Both the position numbers and the translations under genes were made by a program. The notes below the pieces were generated by a model. It saw nothing but the letters and a program-made list of their open reading frames with translations. It had not been told where the DNA came from and made no database searches. A DNA stretch of 30,359 nucleotides from an uncultured Candidatus Saccharibacteria bacterium. GTDB lineage: Bacteria; Patescibacteriota; Dojkabacteria; SC72. Position 1 is the stretch's first letter, and the number at the start of each line of letters is the position of its first letter. This document shows, in pieces, positions 18,870 to 27,078 of this stretch. The stretch is taken from the NCBI GenBank assembly GCA_964544555.1, contig CAZJBF010000004.1:1-30359 (forward strand), in the 5' to 3' direction.

Positions 18870-18956
18870 CGGAGAGAGTGGGATTTGAACCCACGGTATG
18901 ATTTCTCATACGCTCGCACTCCAAGCGAGTCCTTTCGACCACTCAGGCATCTCTCC
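18870..18956 (-). tRNA. tRNA-Ser(GGA)
   Basis: Anticodon arm CTCGC-TT-GGA-GT-GCGAG, long variable arm, GTTCAAATC; CCA not encoded. Confidence 0.95.
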
Positions 18957-18960
18957 TTAA

Positions 18961-19037
18961 TGGCGTACCTGGCCGGATTCGAACCGACAACCTACTGCTT
19001 AGAAGGCAATTGCTCTATCCGATTGAGCTACAGGTAC
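18961..19037 (-). tRNA. tRNA-Arg(TCT)
   Basis: GTACCTG acceptor, ATTGC-CT-TCT-AA-GCAGT anticodon arm, GTTCGAATC, encoded CCA; TGATAGAAT extended -10 at 19048-19056. Confidence 0.95.
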
Positions 19038-19169
19038 ATAACAGGAGATTCTATCAAGAAATGATGTGAAAATAAAGGATATGTATGAATTACATTGATA
19101 TGAGATTTATTCTATTCTGTGAATACGAATAGAGAAAATATACAAAGGAAGGACGATTTCAAGAAGTTT

Positions 19170-20174
19170 CTACTGTTTCGATAATAATACTAATGTTTTA
19201 TAATAGATACCGATAGGTTCTTTGTTCCTATATTTCTTTATACTATCGAAAAACATCTTTATGAAAATGAATCCTTCTGATTCTCGTGCATCAAGTTTTT
19301 TCTCAGTGTCCATCTTTAAACTATTAGAATTTGTATAAATTTGTTTAAAAAATTCATATGACAAGAAAATCTGAATTGCTCGCATAAAGGTTTCTTCAAA
19401 ATATGTTGTAGAGATACCATAATTTTGAAGTATACCTATATCTTTTGGTACTTTTTTTAGAATAACCTTCCCCAAAGATTTGCATATTTCTTTGTTTCTC
19501 TCTTTCAGTATTTCATTTTGAGAGATTGCATCCTTAAAGAAAGAATGTGAAAATTCATGGTAAATAGTAGAAATCATGTTTGTAGATTTGAACAAAATCT
19601 CTCCATTACAATTGCTTGCACCAATAACAGCATAGAAATTTTCATTAATAGACAAACCCGACCCACCTCCTACTCTGAAAAGATTAGGTATAAGATATAT
19701 ATCTGTTTTTGGGTCTAATTGCCAAAATTTCAATAATATTTTCTCTGGACGTAATGAATCTAGTTCTTGTTGTATATTGATACAAATATTTTCATACAGT
19801 GGTTTAAATTCCTTATTATATATTTCATCAAACTTACTCTCAAAATAAATATTTCTAACTAGAGGATATATCTTACGTTTATAAATTTTATATATTCCTG
19901 AAATATATTCATCTTGGATACAGATGTCTAGTAAAGTAAATTGGTTGGTAGTATATAGTGAAAATAGTAGATAATCCCATTGGTTTTGTGGGATATTTTT
20001 TTGTAAGAAAGTATTAACGAATTCTTTATATATAGGAAATCCTTTTATATATTTAAATTTTTCAACAATTTTGTTTGCTAGAGGGTGGCTCATCTGATCC
20101 CCTTCGTCACTGATTAAAACTAACAGTAGTTGGAAGAAAATTACATTTTTATTTGTTTGAACTTTTATAGACAT
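19170..20174 (-). CDS. Putative zinc metallopeptidase (DUF4932-like by recall)
   Basis: HEFSH (HExxH) plus downstream YFEETFMRA glutamate as possible third ligand; no signal peptide. Confidence 0.55.
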   Translation of the reverse strand: MSIKVQTNKNVIFFQLLLVLISDEGDQMSHPLANKIVEKFKYIKGFPIYKEFVNTFLQKNIPQNQWDYLLFSLYTTNQFTLLDICIQDEYISGIYKIYKRKIYPLVRNIYFESKFDEIYNKEFKPLYENICINIQQELDSLRPEKILLKFWQLDPKTDIYLIPNLFRVGGGSGLSINENFYAVIGASNCNGEILFKSTNMISTIYHEFSHSFFKDAISQNEILKERNKEICKSLGKVILKKVPKDIGILQNYGISTTYFEETFMRAIQIFLSYEFFKQIYTNSNSLKMDTEKKLDARESEGFIFIKMFFDSIKKYRNKEPIGIYYKTLVLLSKQ

Positions 20175-20194
20175 AAAATCTTTTTATAAGCTCT

Positions 20195-20225
20195 CCTCAG
20201 GGAAATATACAATATTCCCCTGAGG
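20195..20225 (-). terminator. Stem-loop between precursor peptide and peptidase genes
   Basis: CCUCAGGGGAAUAU-UGU-AUAUUUCCCUGAGG: 14 bp with one G.U on the minus strand; no U-tract, so stabiliser/attenuator rather than a strict terminator. Confidence 0.6.
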
Positions 20226-20245
20226 GTTTCAAATACTAGCGAGGT

Positions 20246-20413
20246 TCAATCCTCGTCTTTGGTGCATGGAGAATCTGGGCACGCTGAGTACGAGTCACAA
20301 TCGCAATCGCAGTCTTGACAATCGCCATAGCAATAGTCATTGCAATTTTGCGAAGCGAAACTTCGTCCTCTGGTGCCTAATTCTACCACATTACCTACTA
20401 CAATCTTAGGCAT
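20246..20413 (-). CDS. Unannotated 55-aa Cys/Asp-rich peptide, putative RiPP precursor
   Basis: MPKIVVGNVVELGTRGRSFASQNCNDYCYGDCQDCDCDCDSYSACPDSPCTKDED*; SD AAGGAG 6 nt before ATG; starts 15 nt after the rSAM stop. Confidence 0.88.
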   Translation of the reverse strand: MPKIVVGNVVELGTRGRSFASQNCNDYCYGDCQDCDCDCDSYSACPDSPCTKDED

Positions 20414-20428
20414 AAGGAACTCCTTTCT

Positions 20429-21694
20429 CTAAATTCTTTTCAAGAGCTTTGCCCAAAGAAACTGTTGTATCAATCGACAATGTTCTTCTGGCATTTTGCC
20501 CGAATTCAGCATTCTCGTATTGTGACAACCTCCAGCACAATACCATTTGGCAAAACAATTTTGGCATTGTTGGTAGCACATCACATTTAGATACCTCAAT
20601 TTACTTACTCTATCAGTATCAACGATGATTACAGATTCATCAATATTGCCAATCAAGAACGTATCAGCAAGATTATCTTCATCTCGTGTTATTCTGGAAC
20701 AACTAGAGATTTTTCCGTCAGGCAAAACACAACACATCTCTCCATCTCCAGAACAATAAAAACATTTTGGTAAGAATTTAGCATCGTATGTAGAATCTAA
20801 TCTTACATTGTTCTTTTTTGCTAATTCTTGGAGGTTAATATATCCATTATAGAAGTCTTCTAAGCACAATAGCTCAGTTTTATCTGCTCCTCTGCCCACA
20901 GGGGTAAATGGCTCAAGCTTTAAATCACAACTTAAGTCTTCAGCAATCATCATAATTTCAGCCATTCTAGACACATTTGTGTTTGTAACTGTAGCTCGAA
21001 TACCAAAATCTACACCTGCTTTTTGTAAATATTTCCCTCCTAGGATTGTATCAGCAAAAGAACCCTGTCCGTTAACTTTAGGTCTTTGAAAGTTTTGCAC
21101 ATCTTCAGGTCCATCAAGAGACAAAGTGACACGGAATCGATTTTCTGCAAGCCATTCAGCAATTTCCATAGTTACCAAAGTTCCATTCGTCACAACGGAA
21201 AAAAAAGTTTTATCTCTCCATATATGATAGGCATAATCAACACATTGCCTCATCATTGGAAAAGCCAATAATGGTTCACCACCACCATGAAATGTTATTT
21301 TGAAAATATCACCCCCTTTAATTATTAAGTTCTTAGTGATTGTATCAATTGCTGTTTTTGCATATAACCAAGGCATGAATTTCCCGTTCGAACCAGCACT
21401 AGCATAGCAGTATATACACTGCAAATTACAACTAGATGTTAGTGATAGAAGAAGCCTTGTTGGAAAATATCTCTCTCCTACACGATTATGGAGTAATTTA
21501 TAATTAACATGTAATGGATACCTTGCGAGCAGATTTTGAAATTCCTGCTCTTTTGAAAAAGCGACTACATCATCAACATTTGTAGAAAATATCTCAAATG
21601 TAATCATCCGACAAGGAGAATAAATTATACCTTTCTCCCCATTGGTAAGGAAATACAAATCCTCATCCAACGATACTTGTGTAATTGCATTCAT
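20429..21694 (-). CDS. Radical SAM/SPASM-domain enzyme (peptide maturase-like)
   Basis: CNLQCIYC; GGGEPLL; full SPASM motif C-x12-G-x4-C ... CQNCFAKWYCAGGC (Cx2Cx5Cx3C) ... C; about 75-aa N-terminal extension. Confidence 0.93.
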   Translation of the reverse strand: MNAITQVSLDEDLYFLTNGEKGIIYSPCRMITFEIFSTNVDDVVAFSKEQEFQNLLARYPLHVNYKLLHNRVGERYFPTRLLLSLTSSCNLQCIYCYASAGSNGKFMPWLYAKTAIDTITKNLIIKGGDIFKITFHGGGEPLLAFPMMRQCVDYAYHIWRDKTFFSVVTNGTLVTMEIAEWLAENRFRVTLSLDGPEDVQNFQRPKVNGQGSFADTILGGKYLQKAGVDFGIRATVTNTNVSRMAEIMMIAEDLSCDLKLEPFTPVGRGADKTELLCLEDFYNGYINLQELAKKNNVRLDSTYDAKFLPKCFYCSGDGEMCCVLPDGKISSCSRITRDEDNLADTFLIGNIDESVIIVDTDRVSKLRYLNVMCYQQCQNCFAKWYCAGGCHNTRMLNSGKMPEEHCRLIQQFLWAKLLKRI

Positions 21695-21840
21695 GGAGAA
21701 ACCCTTTCCCTAAGTTTATTTTTTAAAGAGCCGTACGGTATGGCTTATAGTATCTGTGGCACGAGATTATTATACATATAAAGTTCTCTTTGTACAATGA
21801 TATTAAAGAGTTATTTAATAATAATATGAACACATATTGT

Positions 21841-23751
21841 TTAGAAAACTTCCTTAATCTCTACTAATATACCTCCCTGCTTATCTGGGAAATATCTCAA
21901 ATTCTCTGGAAAATTAGTTGGATTAAACTCAATCTCTGCTTGTTTTTCAGAAAAATTCAAAGACTTCAAGTAACTATTACCACTTTCCCAATTCATTTCT
22001 TTTAGCTTATTTACAATATCATTTTTATCTATCTTTGGTTTAACAGAAGCTTTTGCAGTAAGCTTAATCTTAACTCCATTCTTATCATTCTGTATTACAG
22101 AAATATCCTTCTCAACATTATCACCCAATGCTAACTCCAGATTCTGTTCACTTTCAAAAAGATTCTTACTCTCAGCCTCATCAGTTAACAATTGAGAAAT
22201 CCCATCCTCTAAACCATCAGTCAGATAGTAAGTTGCAGTACTAATTGTCTTTATTGTTATATTAACATCACCAGCCTTTGCTCCCACTGCTACACTACTG
22301 TCTGTACTATTATCATCTAAAGTACTCGATATTGATGTAGCTATTATTTCCCAAGATCCAGCCTTATCCTTAAGCTCCTTCTCCCCTTCTTGTACAGCTA
22401 TCTCTTTCAAATCTGCTATACCCTTATTCAAATCAGCTTGTGAGAGAATGGTATATTGCTCTTTCTTTCCCCCTGTCAGAGCAGACCCTGAGTTCAATCC
22501 AAAAATCTTCTGGCTTGACTGCCCTTGTACAGTAAAAAACTGCCCAGCTGCTAAGTTATATTCTTCTCCCACCTCTATTGCAGTAATACCAACTTCTTGT
22601 ACAGCATTGCAATTTATTGTTATTGTTGTATCCAAAGTATATGCTTTATCCCCAGCAGAGATACTCTGCCCTTGTAAAAGATTTACAGAAGTACCCTCTT
22701 CACATCCGATATTCGTAATAGCTACAGTTCCTTTAGCCTTTTCTCCACTGTAAGCGATACCAGTCGCTTGTATAGTTGAAGACCTAGATTTCTCTACAGT
22801 CTCTTTTTTTGTTGGTATCTTAGATTCATCAAAGCTAATCTTTTTAATATTTTCATCCCCATCAAAAACTTTCTCTACACTTACCTCTTTAGCAGCAACG
22901 TATATACGTACCCTCACAAAAGGAACAGTAAAGTAATATATGAGTAATATTAATATTGTTACAAAAATACTTCCTACTAAAACAATGGGTAAAATTTTCT
23001 TAGCTTTTGGAGGAATAGTAGTACTCTTAAATATATTCCCCAAATTTGAGAAAAATGATGATTTGTGCAAATTCTTGTTCTTAACTATTGAAACTGTAGA
23101 ATCTTTTACTTCCAACTCACCTTCTTTAATACTAAAATCTTTTGTAAGAAGACTTGGCTCTTTATTCTCTTGTATATCATCAACACCATTCTCGTTACTC
23201 TCATTTTCTCCTTCTTCATATGTAATTGGAATATCATCATCTATGGTTATCATATTATCTTTTTCTTCACTATTTGAAGGAACTTTTGTTCTACTCTTCT
23301 CAATTGCACTATTTATCCTCTTTTGAAAATCTGAAAAAGTAGGTTCTATGATATTTTCTTTCTCCATAGGGTTTATTTCTTCCTTTCTCTCATCTTCTAC
23401 TTTTTCTATCTGTTTAACTTCTGAAGTCAACCTCTTATTTCTGTTAATTATTTCTCTCTCCCAAACATCTTCTGTGGGTAAATTAGGAGACTCTATGGTC
23501 ATCAAACCAGCTAGATTAGCATTTCTAACACCGGTAGTATTCTTAATGATTTGTGTGACTAAGAGCTTCTCTCTCTCATCGGCAGTTTCTAGTATCACTT
23601 TTAGATTGATTGGACTAATTAGTAAATCTGAATCTTCAGCAAAGGTTATGATGATCCTTTCATTTACAGAATCTAGGATACCAGTCACTATATCTGTTAA
23701 TTCATCATCTTTACTCACAACTATTTTTGTTATCTTTTTGTTAACTTCCAT
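21841..23751 (-). CDS. Bitopic membrane protein with large C-terminal domain (baseplate J-like annotation class by recall)
   Basis: Folded N-terminus, acidic low-complexity linker, single TM (ILPIVLVGSIFVTILILLIYYF), beta-rich C-terminal region; 2 bp from the FtsA-like gene. Confidence 0.6.
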   Translation of the reverse strand: MEVNKKITKIVVSKDDELTDIVTGILDSVNERIIITFAEDSDLLISPINLKVILETADEREKLLVTQIIKNTTGVRNANLAGLMTIESPNLPTEDVWEREIINRNKRLTSEVKQIEKVEDERKEEINPMEKENIIEPTFSDFQKRINSAIEKSRTKVPSNSEEKDNMITIDDDIPITYEEGENESNENGVDDIQENKEPSLLTKDFSIKEGELEVKDSTVSIVKNKNLHKSSFFSNLGNIFKSTTIPPKAKKILPIVLVGSIFVTILILLIYYFTVPFVRVRIYVAAKEVSVEKVFDGDENIKKISFDESKIPTKKETVEKSRSSTIQATGIAYSGEKAKGTVAITNIGCEEGTSVNLLQGQSISAGDKAYTLDTTITINCNAVQEVGITAIEVGEEYNLAAGQFFTVQGQSSQKIFGLNSGSALTGGKKEQYTILSQADLNKGIADLKEIAVQEGEKELKDKAGSWEIIATSISSTLDDNSTDSSVAVGAKAGDVNITIKTISTATYYLTDGLEDGISQLLTDEAESKNLFESEQNLELALGDNVEKDISVIQNDKNGVKIKLTAKASVKPKIDKNDIVNKLKEMNWESGNSYLKSLNFSEKQAEIEFNPTNFPENLRYFPDKQGGILVEIKEVF

Positions 23752-23753
23752 AT

Positions 23754-24983
23754 CTATTTTTTATTACTAATATCATATACAAACTTAGTTAATGATGCTG
23801 GAGTTATATCGAACACATTCCTTAATTCTCCACTTTTGTCTGTAATATTTTCCAATTTCTCTGGTGTGAAAAATTCAATTTTAGGAACTACTGGAAATGG
23901 TAAGAATTTCTTCCAAGGAAATTCTATCATAACCTCTTTTATTTCTGGTAACAATGATCCTCCTCCACACAAATATATCTGAGGTGGGAAAGAATCAATA
24001 TCATCACAATATGCCAAAGCAGATTTTAATGTTTTCATCCAAAGCTTTGCAACGGGGTACACAACTTTTTGTACTTCTCTGGTTAATTCTCTGTTCAATT
24101 CTTTCTTAGAATATTTCAATTTTCTCTGCTCAGCATACCTATATTCCAAATTAAGAACTTTAGACAACTCCTTCGTAAATGTTCTTCCTCCAAAAGCAAA
24201 CATTTTTGTTTCTACAACGTTACCCTTCTCTACGACAGCTATATCTGTTGTTCCTCCACCAATGTCTATGAATATTGCTGAAAAATCTCTGTTAGACGAT
24301 CCAGCATATGCTCTAGCAACAGAAAATGGTTGAGATACTATACCTAAAACATTCATTCTTAAATCAGAAGCAACTCTTCGTAATGCTTCTGTGTATGTCT
24401 TCGGAGCAAACGAAGCATAGTAGTTAAGCTTAACATCTTTTCCTTTGTACCCTATCAATGAATCTACAGGCATTCCTCCTATCTCCAAACCAGTTTTGGT
24501 GATATGCAATATATCTATATCATCATTTGCTAGCCCTATTCTTTGACTTAAATCTTCTTTACCATGTGTCTCTATCTTTGCCTCAATTTGTGAAATTATT
24601 TTTCTCTGCTCCTTCTCTGTAACTTCTTTCTCAAAATTCTCTTCTCTTTGGTAATTAACAACAATCGACACTCCCTGAATATATTCTCCAGCTATTCCCA
24701 TTACGACATATTTCGGAAATTCTTCTGGTGTAAGTCTCTCTGTTATTGCTGAAATGGAAAGTCTACAATTATCAAGTACTGTATCTAAATTGGTAATTAT
24801 TCCACTTCTCATAGCATGTTGTTGCTGCTCTATTCTTGAGATTTTTCTAATTTCTATTCCCAATTTGTCTACAGAGAAAAGTATACTTTTCAATTGTTCT
24901 GTACCAATATCTAAAGCAACAATATTATCATCTTTGCCAAAAGAATACGGTAAAGATTTTTTAAAAAAAGGCAGATTTAACAT
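23754..24983 (-). CDS. FtsA-like actin-fold ATPase
   Basis: ALDIGTE, FIDIGGGTTDIA, FGGRTFT, AEQRK, LCGGGSLL motifs; not in a dcw cluster, so orthology to canonical ftsA is unproven. Confidence 0.85.
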   Translation of the reverse strand: MLNLPFFKKSLPYSFGKDDNIVALDIGTEQLKSILFSVDKLGIEIRKISRIEQQQHAMRSGIITNLDTVLDNCRLSISAITERLTPEEFPKYVVMGIAGEYIQGVSIVVNYQREENFEKEVTEKEQRKIISQIEAKIETHGKEDLSQRIGLANDDIDILHITKTGLEIGGMPVDSLIGYKGKDVKLNYYASFAPKTYTEALRRVASDLRMNVLGIVSQPFSVARAYAGSSNRDFSAIFIDIGGGTTDIAVVEKGNVVETKMFAFGGRTFTKELSKVLNLEYRYAEQRKLKYSKKELNRELTREVQKVVYPVAKLWMKTLKSALAYCDDIDSFPPQIYLCGGGSLLPEIKEVMIEFPWKKFLPFPVVPKIEFFTPEKLENITDKSGELRNVFDITPASLTKFVYDISNKK

Positions 24984-25023
24984 ATGGAAAGTATATCATA
25001 TTTAATTAATTGAATCTTGACTC

Positions 25024-26715
25024 TTATATGATTGCAACTAATATAATGGGTTCTCTTTCTGTTTTTTTATATATTAATTTCCCTAAATCTTTTTCCAATT
25101 GTGTCATTAAAGATTTCTCATCATACTTTTTCGGATTCTTTTGGCTATTTAACCATTCTCTATGTGTATCAAATATGCAATTTTGAATTTCATTAAGAAG
25201 ACTTTGTGAATGTTTAAAATAGATGAATCCTCTTGAAAGGAATCTAGGTTTACCTATTATTTTCTTAGTATTCTGACTTAAATTTAGTATGACTGTAAAA
25301 ATTCCAAACTCTGAAAGCTGTTTTCTATCCTTCAATACGATATCTCCAATATCACCTACTCCAAGTCCATCTATTAAAATTGGTTTTGATTCTATTTTCT
25401 TTCCCCTCTTCCAATATCTTCCATTGTACTCCCACATCTGCCCATCATCTGTTAAAAATATATTATTGTTATTAATTCCCCAATTTTGAAGATTTAATTT
25501 GTGAAAATATCTAAAAGTTAATGATCCATGTACAGGCATCACATTTCTTGGTCTAATCATTTCTATCATTGCTTTTATATCTTCCTGATTACCATGACCT
25601 GTTGAATGTATTTTCATATTTACAGTATCTTTCATTAAATCAGCACCAAGGCCTATTATTCTATCCGTCATTTTCTCTATTTTACTAACATTCTCTGGAA
25701 TTTCTGAAGATGACATTATTACTAAATCCCCCTTCTTTATTTTTATTGTTCTATGTTCATTCAATGAAATTCTGTTTAATACTGCAAACCTTTCCCCTTG
25801 ACTACCAGTACAAAGTATCAGTAATCGATTATCTGGATATTTACTAATTTCTTTATCCTTGATGAATATTTCATCATCCACATTTATATATCTATTATTT
25901 CTAGCTATTGCGACTGCCTGATCTAAACTTCTTCCTGCAAGCAAAACCTTTCTATTTGTTCTTTTGGCAATTTCAATTACAGAATACAACCTAGTTATTA
26001 AAGATGAAAATGCAGAAAGAATAATCCTTCCGTTATACCCGGAGATGATTTCTTCCAAATTTTGAGAAATTACTGTCTCTGAAGGAGCTTTCCCAGGAAC
26101 TGTAGCATTAGTGCTCTCCATCAAAGCCAAGTCAACTCTTCCTCTTAAGCTAATGAGTTTCTGATAGTCAGACTCTGGTTCATTAGCTGGTGTAGCATCA
26201 AATTTAAAATCTCCCGAGAAGAAAAGATTCCCTATTGGAGATTCAAGAAATATTGAAAAAGCATCAGGTATACTATGATTAATACCTATGAATGTTGCTT
26301 TGAAGTATTTACCTATTGATATTTTCGATTTTCTATCTACTCCGTATATTTTTACTTTCTTGTCCATTTTGTATTCTCTCATTTTTAATTCAATGAGAGA
26401 TTTTGCAAAACCACCTGCATATATTGGAGGATAGTCTAATTCTGGCAATATCCATCTTAGTGCACCAATATGGTCCAAATGCCCATGTGTTATTAGTATC
26501 GCTTTTATCTTTTCTTTGTTCTTTTTTAAATATCTTGTATTTGGGATTAAGTAATCAATCCCATACATTTCCTGACCAGGAAAAGAATATCCTGCATCTA
26601 CCATCACTATCTCATCATCATATTGAACGAAATTCGAATTCCTTCCTATTTCACTTGTTCCTGAAAGTGTACATAGCTTTAGTAATTGCTGTTGTTGTTT
26701 GTTTTTATTTATCAT
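25024..26715 (-). CDS. rnj: Ribonuclease J
   Basis: EIGRN, THGHLDHIG (HxHxDH), NHSIPD, GDFKFD, ESTNA, HSTGHG, PVHG. Confidence 0.96.
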   Translation of the reverse strand: MINKNKQQQQLLKLCTLSGTSEIGRNSNFVQYDDEIVMVDAGYSFPGQEMYGIDYLIPNTRYLKKNKEKIKAILITHGHLDHIGALRWILPELDYPPIYAGGFAKSLIELKMREYKMDKKVKIYGVDRKSKISIGKYFKATFIGINHSIPDAFSIFLESPIGNLFFSGDFKFDATPANEPESDYQKLISLRGRVDLALMESTNATVPGKAPSETVISQNLEEIISGYNGRIILSAFSSLITRLYSVIEIAKRTNRKVLLAGRSLDQAVAIARNNRYINVDDEIFIKDKEISKYPDNRLLILCTGSQGERFAVLNRISLNEHRTIKIKKGDLVIMSSSEIPENVSKIEKMTDRIIGLGADLMKDTVNMKIHSTGHGNQEDIKAMIEMIRPRNVMPVHGSLTFRYFHKLNLQNWGINNNNIFLTDDGQMWEYNGRYWKRGKKIESKPILIDGLGVGDIGDIVLKDRKQLSEFGIFTVILNLSQNTKKIIGKPRFLSRGFIYFKHSQSLLNEIQNCIFDTHREWLNSQKNPKKYDEKSLMTQLEKDLGKLIYKKTEREPIILVAII

Positions 26716-27056
26716 TTTTTATTTATTTATATTATCTTCTATTTCTATTCAACCTTTATTATACATTTTTAATATATATTGTGTGAAAGAAATAACTTGG
26801 AGAAAATTATTTATGAAGTTGATACATTCTATCACAAATATTTTAATTTAGCTGGGGCTTGAAGGAATTTGCTTATGTGATGCATACTATATGGAGAGAT
26901 ATCATAAGAATTTAATATACTAGAGGACAGAATGTCTTGACAAAAAACTTCAAAATCAAAGGATTCTATACTCATAGTATATTAAATTTGTATGAAAAAG
27001 TTGTTATAGTATATATGCAGTACTGTTTTATATGCATATCTGACTCAAATATATTG

Positions 27057-27065
27057 TGATATAAT
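27057..27065 (+). promoter_or_regulatory. Extended -10 promoter of valS (TGATATAAT)
   Basis: Overlaps the ATG at 27064, so the true start is probably ATG 27079. Confidence 0.55.
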
Positions 27066-27078
27066 GAAGGCCATTAAT

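Noticed and set aside
20162-20248. Selenocysteine read-through of the precursor TGA (frame stays open for 27 more codons, hairpin follows)
   Set aside because: Hairpin starts 20 nt downstream, not SECIS-like in position; extension is not Cys/Asp-like; no sel genes in the window.
21729-21745. Small hairpin AGCCGTA-CGG-TATGGCT upstream of the rSAM as att site or terminator
   Set aside because: Seven bp with a mismatch on the relevant strand and no matching copy near the tRNAs.
21841-23751. Prophage or contractile injection system suggested by a baseplate-J-like protein
   Set aside because: Protein is membrane-anchored and flanked by housekeeping genes; no sheath, tube, capsid, terminase or integrase present.
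26716-27078. T-box or riboswitch leader for valS (and likewise for metG)
   Set aside because: No T-box consensus or GC-rich structure; extended -10 elements sit within 9-13 nt of the starts, leaving no room.
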